Assembly (NCBI GenBank): GCA_050084515.1
Contig: CM114271.1
Location: 43,524,001-43,588,000, forward strand
Direction: 5' to 3'
From: Blasia pusilla
Taxonomy: Eukaryota
DNA length: 64,000 nucleotides
Made by a program: the position numbers and the translations under genes
The notes under the pieces: generated by a model
What the model saw: only the letters and a program-made list of their open reading frames with translations
Databases searched by the model: none
What the model was told of the DNA's origin: nothing
In this document: piece by piece, positions 1-11,399 of the stretch
Layout: each line of letters opens with the position of its first letter
Position numbering within the stretch: the first letter of the stretch is position 1

Positions 1-145
1 CGCGCCCAGGCAAATGGGCTTCTATGGCGGGCTCAGGCGGTTGGAGATGCCAATGCTAGAGGCCCACTTAGTAGTAGTCATAGTTTTCTAGATGTTGCTG
101 ATATTGTCTCTGCTGTTGGTGATTTTGGTCGTTAGGGGGGAAGGC
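1..145 (+). mobile_element. 3' end of a second copy of the CRE-like RLE non-LTR retrotransposon (continues left of the window)
   Basis: Frame 1 reads RAQANGLLWRAQAVGDANARGPLSSSHSFLDVADIVSAVGDFGR* (TAG 133-135). By hand count it matches the reverse complement of 60674-60808 at 119/135 nt. Both copies continue GGGGAAGGC after the stop. Confidence 0.9.
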
Positions 146-210
146 CCCCTTCCTTCTCCTCGTGGCCAATATTTTATTCTTTTTTTCGCTAAATACTAAC
201 TTTTTTATCA

Positions 211-2870
211 CTAGTGTTTGAAGAGTTTTTTTAATATAACTCCAAAGGGAAGGCTTTACACAAATTCATTTCTTGCCGCTCGTAATATGTGCAAAATTTA
301 TTTATAATGTTGCGTACAATTGGAATTTCTTTTTTTATTTTAGATAATATTACATATAATTGACAATGATAAAATATGACAAATAAATGCAAACCTTTTG
401 CAAGGTTTGGTCTTGAGATTTATTAACAGTCATAAAAAAAATTGGGTGAATATGGAATTGAAACCTACGTAAATCAAATGGCAAACGAGAATCCGATGCA
501 ATCAATGGGATACACAAAATAAAAAGCCGATCTCCAATGTTTTTCCCTATGATGATTTCAACATCTATGCAATGTTGCATAAATCCATGAATCACCAATC
601 TCGTTTCGTTTGCTTGTCCTTGTGACCCATTCATGTTTCGTAAGAGCATGATTGGTGGATCAATCTTCAAATTTAAACGATGCGGAGGTAGTCTAGAAGG
701 CAAACATGTGTACAAAAATTCCGTTGGATAGATATGACTCATCCCCTCATTTGGAATATAGTCGTTGTTGAGGTAAATATGCTCTTATACACACTATATG
801 ATAAATTCGTGAGAAAAAAATATAATAAAACAATCCTAAACCCTAAACCCTAAAAGAAAAGATCCATGTAGAAGATGTATCGAGGTTAAAAGATTACTTG
901 TCCAGAAAACCGAGACATAACATCTGCATTTATGTCATCAACAACTCTATTTCTTGGAGTTAGAATAGTTGTATCTCTCAAGAAAATGTCGTGGAATTGG
1001 CTAGGAGAATTGCCATAGATCAGATCAATAAGATCAGATATCTTATTACTATCAATGAGAATTTCCGATGGTAATTGTACGAAATATTCTCCCAAATAAG
1101 GGTGCAAAGGTACACGACCGTCTCCCACTTCCAATAACCAATCAACAAAACCTTGTTGTTCAACACACAAATGACCTTCCAACCTTTGAACTCCCATGTT
1201 TGTTGTCAATTTCATGACCTTTACATTAGACCAAATAGATGATCTCTTTATGGTAACTTGGATGATTTGTGGTTGATCCCCATGACGAACAAGTGGCAAC
1301 ACTTGACGAAAGTCACTACTAAATATCATAAGTTTTCAGCCAAATAGTAATTGTTTTAGATCATCATAAACAACTTCCATAATATCTTGTAAAGTGCAAT
1401 TCAGAGCCTCGAATGCATGACGATGAATTATAGGTGCTTAATCCCATATAATGAGCATTGCCTCGCGGATTAAGCGTGCTCCATCACTATCGATTGATAA
1501 ACTATAAATGACAAAGGAAAATAGATTAGAAGTTGTAATAATTGTAATTGGACTAATGAAACTTTGTGTATCAATAGAATTGCATGTAAAGTGGTTAATG
1601 ATATTTACTTGCAAGTAGAGCTCTCATGAAGATTGATGGGGATCTTGAAACGCAAATGTGCAGTTCGTCCTCTGTCTAACAATAAAGCACCCATTCCAAA
1701 TGATGCTATGGCTAATGCTATACCTCTTGCACTCCTTACACTTGCAAGGAGCAGATTATATAGAAATTTCTTTCCCGTTCCACTTGGACCGTCAATGAAA
1801 AATACTTTTGAAGATGGTGGAGCATTTAAACATATTTGATCAAGTTCATCATGTATAGCACCCAAAATAACACATTTTACTTTTTTCAGACACGCTTCTC
1901 TCAATTGCACTTCCTCAAATAATTCTTCAGTATCATATAATAGTTCTTATTCCTCCAAATATGCAAGTGAATGAAGGCTTTGGAAATTAACTTGGGCATG
2001 TCAGGAAAGTTGGATAGTCTCTTTCCTTGATCTTGTAAATAACAATGAACTTCCAACAATACATTACTAATGATATTATCATCAATAGGAAGATTAAGAA
2101 TTCTTGTTTTTTACAATGGAACATTTCTGGAAAAGGTCCGAATCATGGTTAGTTTCTTGCATGCTCAAAAGAAGAAAACTAATCATATAAGGAGTGACAA
2201 TAACGAATCCTTACCTGACGTTGTTCATATAAGAGAGCTTCTACCAGTAGAACCAAGAATTGACTCCATAAGGTTGTAGGTTGGGCATGTGTGTTGTATG
2301 CTAGAATAATTGCAAATAGGCGTCAAAGTGAAGAACATGTACGGATTGTAGAAACTTCTTGTAAGCAAGAGAACACTTCCCTATCATCCTCAAGAAGTCC
2401 CAATTGGATAGCAACCTCCTTGAATGTTGAATATAATATTCAATTGACAGTTCTAAACCATTCATATGTTGTTGCTCCTCGAACATGATGGAGAAGTAAT
2501 CTCAACCAATAGCGTTCTCCTTCACCTATGAAGAAGTGAAAAAAATTAGCTCATCCCAAGATAAACACATCACTTTAGATGGTAAAAAGTAAAAGCAAGC
2601 ATACATAACAAATGTTGAGTATTCATCTGCATGAGTAAGGTATAAGCGGCCAATAGGATGACCACAACTTTTTCTTTTCTATACGCTACGAATCCATGTC
2701 TTGTTATCCAACTCTGAAAGAAAATCTAAATATAGATATTGTTAGGCAATGCAATCAGATAGATTGATTGCAAACCATTGTGTCAAAGTTGTCTCTTTAT
2801 TTAGTTGCAAAATCTCTTGAGGAGCATCAAAATCATTGAAGTAGATTATTTGTTGTTCTGGAAGATGTTC
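211..2870 (-). mobile_element. Helitron RepHel C-terminal half (PIF1-family helicase), pseudogenised and intron-containing
   Basis: Ordered fragments HLPEQQIIYFND..TTLTQWF, GERYWLRLLLHHVRGAT, FFIDGPSGTGK (Walker A), GRTAHLRFKIP, DFRQVLPLV, ILTPRN, PIMLLRNMN and MTVNKSQDQTL, with many stops and frameshifts. Confidence 0.92.
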
Positions 2871-3299
2871 CCATCTCTAAATAGCCAAAATTTATAACTA
2901 TTTTTTGGGATGTAATTTTTAGGTTTCAAGTTAATAATGAAGCAATCCATATTCTTGAAAAATCTTGGTTTATCGGTCATATTAAGGCCATTGTGGGGGG
3001 GGTTCACAAGAGGGACACGATATGCAGGGTGGGATGTTCCCCATATGTCCCCCTTGTGCGATGGGGAGTGTGGGTTGGCCATCGGTCAAGGCGCGGGGAC
3101 AAATTGGCGAGATTTCGGGAAGGGGATAGATATAGGTGCGAGACGCGTGATGCAAGAAAAATTTCATGCAGGCACTTATGTCCATGTTTGCGGATTTTGA
3201 CAAATCTACATGCAACCTTGTATGGGATGAAATACCCATCATTGATTGTCATGTGTTGAAGGTAATAAATTGCACCTTACAAGATATTATTTGAATGGT

Positions 3300-4450
3300 C
3301 GATGTGGAATGCAGGAATATTCCATTTGGGGGAAGACCCTTTGGTGGGGATTTTTGCCAAGTCTTGCCTTTAGTTTGTTATGGAGATCATTCAAAAATTA
3401 TCCAAACTATTATAAAGACATGACCTTTGAGGTCTTATGTTATGGTAATTAATGAAGCTTACAAAATATACGAGAGTTCAAAATTTGGAATGTGATATAC
3501 ATGCTCATCAAAAAGGTTTTGTGGATTGGTTATTGGAGTTGGGAGAGGGTCATATACCTTTGCAAGAGCTAATTTACATGATTAATGCCACCTAATATGA
3601 TGATTGAGAGGAAGAAGATGAGTGGTCTTATTGAATTATCATATCTCTGGAAATGATTCTCAAAGGTTTTGTTACATCAAATTCTTAAGGGATACAACCA
3701 TTCTTACACTGCGACACAGAGACGTGAATGACATCAACGTGGAAGTCATGTCTCAATTCGAAGGAGAGGTAATTTATTTTTCCATTCATGTAAAGTTGTC
3801 TCAAGGATAAATTATTGCATATCTATGTACATGGTTAAAAATATCTTCTTACAAACATGTGTTCTATATAGGAGCATATTTAATCCACGAAAATTCTTGA
3901 ATACGTGCTTATTTTGTGCTACCTCTGCATAGTTTAAGCTTGAAGATTGGTGCTTTGACCATGCTTTTTTGAATTATAATTGGCTCAAAGGGACAAGAAA
4001 ATGACTCTCAATCAGTAATTCTTAGATTTATGGAACATGTGATAGATGTTGAAATCATCATAATGAACAACATTGGAGATCAAGTCTTCATTCCACGTAT
4101 CCCATATTCCCATTGTTTGCGGTTGACTCAGGTTTATCTTTCTACTTGTGTGGATGTCAGTACCCAATTCTTCTTGCTTTTGCTATGACTATCAATAAGT
4201 TTCAAATTCAAATTTAAGAAAGAAAAGGTAGGAATTTACCTTCGTACATCTCTATTTTTTCATGGTTGATTATTATAATCATCTCACTAACGATGAACAT
4301 TATAATAGAAAGTCATAAACAATTAAGGAAGTGAATACACACTTAATCTTATGTACAAAGAAATTTTTGAATCAAATAAACTTTTTTTAAATGTCCATCA
4401 CTTTTTTCTTTTTCTTTTTTTTGAATGTGTGCATCGCACACATTCAAAAA
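3300..4450 (+). mobile_element. Second, more decayed Helitron helicase fragment with a candidate 3' hairpin
   Basis: Fragments IPFGG..GGDF.QVLPLV (~3315-3375), GFVDWLLELGEGHIPL (~3515), FLRDTTILTLRHRDVNDIN and AFAMTINK (~4175) parallel the copy at 211-2870. A hairpin lies at 4418-4450. Confidence 0.8.
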
Positions 4451-5123
4451 TTTTGAATAATTTTGAATCGACCTAAATTTTTAGGTCGATTCTAAATTAT
4501 GTCCGGAAGATAGTTACATGTTCTAGACGAGGAGGATCCATCGATTTAACGACCCTCAGGCCCTCGAGGAAGTGTCAGGTGTTATTGCTACCGAAAATCT
4601 TGGAACTATATATTTCTTTCAAATTTGAAACCCCCACAACTACAGTGCGCACTTTAGCCGCTCAAGTAACATTTTTTTGCGTTTAGTTATTTAGAGTGCA
4701 TTCATAAACATGCCTTTCAAGCTATTATTGCTTTTGCTCTTGAATTCAAAGCTTCATTATGTATGTATAGACAATACGACATGCCTACAGAAGCCACTCG
4801 GGCTTAGTTGCCATTAGCTACTCTCGATCAGCTTTATTCATGCATAAACATGCAAGGAGAATACATCCATGCGTTAGAAACGAGATGTTATTTTTTATCT
4901 AGGGCAGCTTCCACGTAGAGCGAATGCTAACTTCCATAGTGATATCCCTCATGTTTTCATAGCTCCGAGTGCCAACTGCTACACGAACTTCAACTGAGCT
5001 CCAACCTGCAACTGCAAATACAACCTGCAACTCTTCTGACCAATCCTACAACCTACGCAACAGAAAATCGCGTCAAGGCAGAACGAGATGGCAACGAGGA
5101 AAACAACAAAGAAATACCCAAGC

Positions 5124-5940
5124 AAAGGGAAAGAGTGTTACCAATGTAACATCTTCAAAGAAACATTTCGGTGTGAAGGCATCTGATCAGGAGCCAATAG
5201 ACTCAAAATGGTCAGCCGGATCTGAAGACGAGTGTATATGTCTGAGTAGGTGGAGGAAGTCCCACTTTGGGATAAGTCTTCCTTGGGGGGAAGAGACTAA
5301 GCCCCGAGCATCCTCGAGGGTTTGAAGGTGCTATAAAAGACTCCCTATATATTAGAGAAGGGGACGCACCATCCGACAAGGGTTATTTTCCCAACCCATT
5401 TGAGGGCTTGGGAAACGATGTTCTAATAGTTGTGCAAGGGACTCTTGAGAATAACGTGAGGAGGCCTAGAAGCGAATATGTGAACCTGAGCGCTGCAGCA
5501 TCTGCAAAAAAGCTCCAGAAGACACCAATGACACACTTCCAAGGTCGATGCGAGCGAACTCCGAATGGGGCACCAACCGATCGTAATATGCCCTTGAAAT
5601 CCACCAGAGGGTTAGAGGACTATAAGAAAGCCCCTAAAAATGGGCAACAGAAGAAGGATATAGTTGTGAACATTCACATTGTGCTCTAAGACATGTAATC
5701 TTACATTTTGCATAAAACTACTTGGGGACAAACCGTGCAATGTTCATGAATGTTTCTTATCTCTATACTATGTAAGTGGAAGAGTACTCATCTCGAGTAC
5801 TGTGGAATGTACACTCTAGACCAAGGCCTTACTACAAAATCTGAGATAGTCACAACGACACTAATCATGTTCACACCAAGGTAATGAGCTCGGCTGCACT
5901 CAAAAGTGGGTGCGCAACCTACATCATAGCTACAACAACC
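5124..5940 (+). mobile_element. Probable LTR of a retrotransposon preceded by a polypurine tract
   Basis: AAAGGGAAAGAG is followed directly by TGTTAC at 5136, and a TATA-like CTATAAAAG lies at ~5331. The right boundary is a guess and I recognised no coding motifs. Confidence 0.3.
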
Positions 5941-6599
5941 CCGAGTACATAAGATGGAGCCTTGATCCTTGAGACAGACTCCCCTGACCTGCTCCTAGAG
6001 CCAAATACCCCTTGGCTTGCTCCTTGAGCCAAACTCCCCCCGCTAGAATATAGAGGACGATAGGAAAGAAAATCAGCATGGAACCTGCGAATGAGCTAGG
6101 AAAGACAACCGTGGAACAAGCGGACGATCAAGGGTAGACACCCATGGATATGGCTCTCAGCCAAAAGCAAGGAACCCGCCCCCTTGATTTGCAAAGTAGT
6201 TAAATGATAGACACTAGAAAGCATTGAAGGCTTCTGATATGCAAAATATCAGGAAAGACAGCCATCGCGAGAGACTCAGCCGAAATCATTCTGGGCAGAC
6301 ACCGATTAGGAAAGACTCAAGTGCAGATGTAGCCTGTTGATCAAGAGCTCTCATCCAATGCACAGAGGTAAGGCATCACGAGCCATGAGGGAATACGGGC
6401 CAAGAATCCCAAGTCGCGGAACAGGCACGAGCACCGTGGAGCACAAGCTATAGTCAAACGGCACGGCACGAGCATGAGAATGTAGAGAAAATGAGAACAA
6501 GCACAAAAATGAGCCGGAGAGGGAGAGCGGGACAGAGGGCATCGCGGCTAAGTCGATGGTAGGGGGGAAAGCCGGATTTGATTGTTGTGGACGGAGTTG

Positions 6600-7255
6600 C
6601 CGCCAACCGTTATATCTGGATCTAACGGCTGAAAATCTAGCTACGGGGAGGGGGAAAGAAGCCGTCAGATCCAAATCCAATGGCGCGCAGATAAGGGTGC
6701 CAAGAGGGGAAAGGTAGTAGTCACATCCAAATCTGATGGTGCACGGTCTGAGGGAAGCCAGCCGTCGGATCCGAATTCGACGGCTCATAGGAATTTTTGC
6801 AGGGAGGCAGGCAGGCGAATTCGAATAGTGTGGGCGGAGTCGGGGCCAGCGGTTAGATCTAGATCTAATGGCTGGCAATCTGGCTGTAGGGACGGGTGAG
6901 GGAGCCGTCTAATCCAAATCCGACGGCGCACGGATATGGCAACGGGGAGGTGGAAGGAAGCCGTCGGATCCAAATCCGATGGCGCACGGTCCGGGGGAAT
7001 GGAGTTATCGGATCCAAATCCGACGGCTCACGGGAATTTCGGCGGGGAAGGGAGGAGGAATGTGGAGTCGCCTCCAGCCGTTAGATCTGGATCTAACAAT
7101 TTCCAATCTGGCTGCGGGGAGGGGGAAGAGAGCCGTTGCAACTCAGATGGAGTTGTCGGATCCAAATCTGATGGCGCACGGATATGGCTGCAGCTCGGGG
7201 GAAGATGATTTCCTATACAGATCTTACTAGCCGTCAGATCTAAATCCGACGGTAG
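6600..7255. repeat. Array of ~12 degenerate palindromic units (consensus GCCGTCGGATCCAAATCCGACGGC)
   Basis: Units near 6606, 6661, 6720, 6761, 6848, 6904, 6960, 7004, 7077, 7131, 7151 and 7230. A CCGTTAGATCTGGATCTAACGG variant recurs every ~230-240 bp. Confidence 0.85.
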
Positions 7256-7849
7256 TGCCAAAACCAGAAGCCGGCATGGCATTTCAAGGTTGGCGACGGT
7301 TCGGGTTAGGGTTGGGGACGACGCCTGCTTCGGGCTAGGGCTGGGAGGTTTACCAATCCTAGCCCGAACCTAACGCTTATTTTTTTTAAATAAAAATGTT
7401 TTCTAAATTACTATTTTCTCTTTCTATTCTAAAGTTTCCTTTTCCCTCCCTTCCTATTTCCTCTTAATTTCCTTTTTCTTGCTCCAATTTCTTAAATGTG
7501 ACAGAAAAATTTTGTCTTTTTTTTTCTCATTTTATATCATGCTACGTTAGGTTATTTTTCTCCTTGCCAGTGTCATAAGTGGGAAAATTTGAGAAGTTTT
7601 ATCTCTCAAATGTAAACTCTTACTTTTATTTTTTGATAATCCATGGTTGAGTTTGATTGATAGTTTTGTGGTGTGGTATGTAGATGGCAAGTGTCGTTGG
7701 ATCATTATTGGACGTGGAGAGGCAACCGCTCGGTGTTCTAACAAATACACCAATTCCACTACATACTTCAAGGAGACATATCAGCACGTCTCCAATGTAA
7801 GCATCTTTCTTTTGTGCCTTTATTTCCATTTTATTTTATTTTTTTTACT

Positions 7850-10800
7850 TTAATATATCATGCCTTCTACTCAAATGTTGGGCAGACTTCCGTTTCCATC
7901 AAATCCTACGGATTTATGCGACGTTCAGATATTCATGCATGCGAATGTGCAACAGAAAAGATGTGCCCGTCGTAAAGAGATTTTAGCACAACAAACAAAC
8001 ATTGAAGATGAACTCGCCCCCAAAATATCTCCAACGTAAGTTCACTTCATTGACGAACATTGTGCGAATCTAATATTTTTTCTGCCGTGTATAATGACGA
8101 CTTCTAATTTCATTTTCTTTGTTTGTAATATGGATGTGTTGCTCTAGGCTTCCTATTCCCTTAAATCTTGTCGATATACGTGATTTCTGAAAAATTCTAC
8201 GCGGCGAAGCCCAAAAATGAAAACGTGTTGTTCCCGCTAATAAAATGGAAGCTCTCAAAGAGAAAAAGAGGACATACTATCGAGAGTATAAAAAAAAGAA
8301 GAAAAGCGCTTCATGTTGAAGTTGAGCTTCCTTTGGTTGTTGAGAATATTCCAAGTATTCCAAGTACGGACCTTTCGACTACTGGTAGTCTACTCATAAG
8401 GTATATATATCTAAACCCATTAAATGTTCATAAGTCCATTCTTGTGAGTTGTGTGTTAAACCCATTAAATGTTCATATTTTATTTGTATGTTGACCTATC
8501 CTTTATTTTTTTAGGCCTTCCAATGAGGATGGGGTAATAGTGGGAGAAAATCAAGGAGCTCACATAGAGGACATTTATATATCGCCAAGGCGAGAGGATG
8601 GAGTAATAGTTGGAGAAATTGAAGGAGCTCATACAGAGGACATTCATAAGTTGCCAAGAGTTGAGTTACCTAATAGTCCACTCCATGAAACTATCCATAA
8701 TGCATCCTCGATCGGGCCCATTACTCATACATCACCACGAGTTGAGTTACCTACCACTTTTCCTAATCAAGGTGAATATAAAATCATAGATAATTCTATA
8801 ACTCTTCCCCATGTTAGGGATGAAGTAAGGTCAAGAGTAGATCTCGTATCTTCTACTATCAATGGAGTTGTGTTGCCTCCACAAAGTTACGCCTTACCAA
8901 ATGATTCCACAATTCCTACGAATCATAGTGTTGATAGGGTTGTAAGACAAAATATATTACTCAATCTTGCAAGAGACGAAATTTCCAAGAGAGTGATATT
9001 AGGAAGTTGCCATTGCAAAGGAGTTTGAATCGTAATACGGGTCGTCATACATTGGGTTCCATTACAGAGATATGACCCTCATGTCGTGCCTTACATTGGA
9101 AATGTGAAAGGATAAAAGGTACAAAGTTTATTGAATCACCATACGGCACATGTTGTGGCCATGGGAGAATACAATTAAGTACCCCTCTTGAAATTGTCTC
9201 TTCCATTCCTATAATCGTTGATTTTAGGTGTTGGTCCTAGAAGTCTTCATTTTCTTACACATGCCAAGCTTACAATTCTGCAGTTCAGCTTGCATCTAGT
9301 AGAGTGCATGTAAATGAACAAATTGGTGGCACTGGACATTTTCGGGTCCAAAGAGGCATCTATCTATTGGACCCTAACATCCTGATATAGGGGCACAACC
9401 CCAATTTGCTCAATTCTACATTCATGATACTGCGAATGACTAGGAGAATCGGGGAAGAGTTATGTATAGATCTTCTAAAATTAATATAGACATCTTAAAA
9501 GGGATACAAGACATGTTGCATCAATACAATCCTTATGTCAAGATGTTTCGTCATATGGCATGTGAAGCAAGTGATCTTATCATGCGGATTATCCTTAAGG
9601 CAAGTAAGAGAGGTCTTGATGCAAAACGTTATAACTTACCAACTGCTCTGAGGCTTTTGCTATTTTGCCAGGTGAGGGAAGTGAACAACTTGAACATCAT
9701 GATGTAATTGTAGGATTGTATGGAGGAGGAGTAAGGCGTATATTTGACCTCAATGAAGCATACATTCCATTACACTTTGTTCTATTATTTATATATACTG
9801 AAGCAGGTTGGCTTCCCGACATACCATTTCGAGGCTTTACAAGATCCTAACAACCGGATCATGTTATTCATGGGGAGAAGGGACATCTTCAACTTGGAGA
9901 TGATTGGATGGAAGAGGAAAGAGTTGATGGTGATACTATTGAGGAAAGAAGGACAAAGAGTGTTACGGCCTTGCAATTTGCATATTTTCGACTTTAAACA
10001 CGAATTGGAGGTGAAGACGACAATCGCTTATTACGGTTTGGTTGACTTACTCAAGAATATATGGTTGACATGTATGCTACTGTAGAGATGCAACAATTAT
10101 CATGGGTTTGGTTGAATCAAAAGGAGTTAAGGGCTGAATTATATCGGTGTAGAGGATGCCATGTATCGACATGACGTGGATAGTCGAAGGGTTGGGAGAC
10201 AAAGTGTATTACCTTCTTCTTTTACTGGAGGGCCACGTCATATGCATCAGCTGTATCAAGATACAATGGCAATTGTAAGACATTTGGGGAATCTTGACTA
10301 CTTTTTGATGATGACATGCAATCCTAAGTGGGAGGAGATTACATGAGCCTTATTACCATGTCAATCAGCTACGGATCGACGAGATCTGGTTGTGCGGGTT
10401 TTTTAGAAGAAAAAGAAGGAGTTTTTATGACTTATCATTTACAAGAAAATATTGGGTCTAGTTGTAGGATGCATCCATGTTGTCGAATTTTAGAAAAGAC
10501 CTCTCCCACATGTGCACGTTCTTATTATTTCAGGTCGTGAGGATAAACCATAAACAACTTATGATAATGATAGTATTATTTCACCAGAAATCCTTGATCA
10601 ATCTATCCATCCAAGGTTATATATATTCTACTGTCGCTAATTGCATGCTTCACAAACCATATGGAGCATTAAATCCAAATGCACCATGTATGGACAAGGA
10701 AACAAAAAAATGTACCAAAGGCTACCCTAAGCCTATTGGGGCGAGTACCATAGAGACGAAAGATGGTTACTTGATCTATCGTAGGTAAGAAAAATTTCCT

Positions 10801-11310
10801 CTTGGCTTATTTTTATGATTGTAAGGGTTATGATGCCAATATGATGATTTCATGCTTTGTAATTGTGTTTCGTAGATTGGAGAATGGGAGGATGATACTT
10901 AAGCGCAAACATTCATTGGATAATCATTGGATTGTGTCCTACAATCCTATGTTGTGCGCTCTCTTTGATTGTCACATTAATTTGGAGATTACAAGTAGTA
11001 TTTCTACAGTCAAGTACTTATACAAATATGTATATAAGGGGTCTGATGTTGTATCATTTAAGTTGTCAAAGGATACTTCCAACGCAATCGACACCATTGC
11101 CGAGACAACGTCATATCTTGATGCAAGGTAAGATTATGTTATTTGATTATTGTGTTGCATGATATCTTATTCCTCGACTTTACTTCATGATCTTTACTTG
11201 AATACTTGGAATTGTTATTTTTCCAGATATATATCTTCTTTAGAGGCGTGTTGGCGACTCTTTAAGTTTAGTCTATATGCTGAACTTCCAAGTATTGTAC
11301 GATTAGTGGG
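7850..11310 (+). mobile_element. Helitron RepHel N-terminal half (Zn-binding region and HUH Rep endonuclease), pseudogenised and intron-containing
   Basis: CRALHWKCE..CCGHG, KRYNLPTA, VLPSSFTGGPRHMHQLYQD, MTCNPKWEEI (Rep motif 1), VEF*KRPLPHVH (HUH), KYLYKYVYKG (Y2 motif) and EACWRLFKF..PSIVRL. GT-AG introns at ~10785-10875 and ~11128-11227. The left boundary is approximate. Confidence 0.92.
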
Positions 11311-11399
11311 TGTTTGCTAAAGGCTTTTTTATCCTTTTCTGTCACAGTGCTGAGTTTATTAGCCACCTTTTCAAGGAATTCTATCTACCTTTTCTTATC

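Noticed and set aside
834-853. (CCCTAAA)n telomere-like repeats (also ~13913-13929)
   Set aside because: Only 2-3 units inside TE sequence. These are common telo-box-like motifs, not a telomere.
6600-7255. CRISPR-like array of palindromic repeats with spacers
   Set aside because: The repeats are degenerate and the spacers are related to each other and irregular in length. There are no cas genes and the context is eukaryotic.
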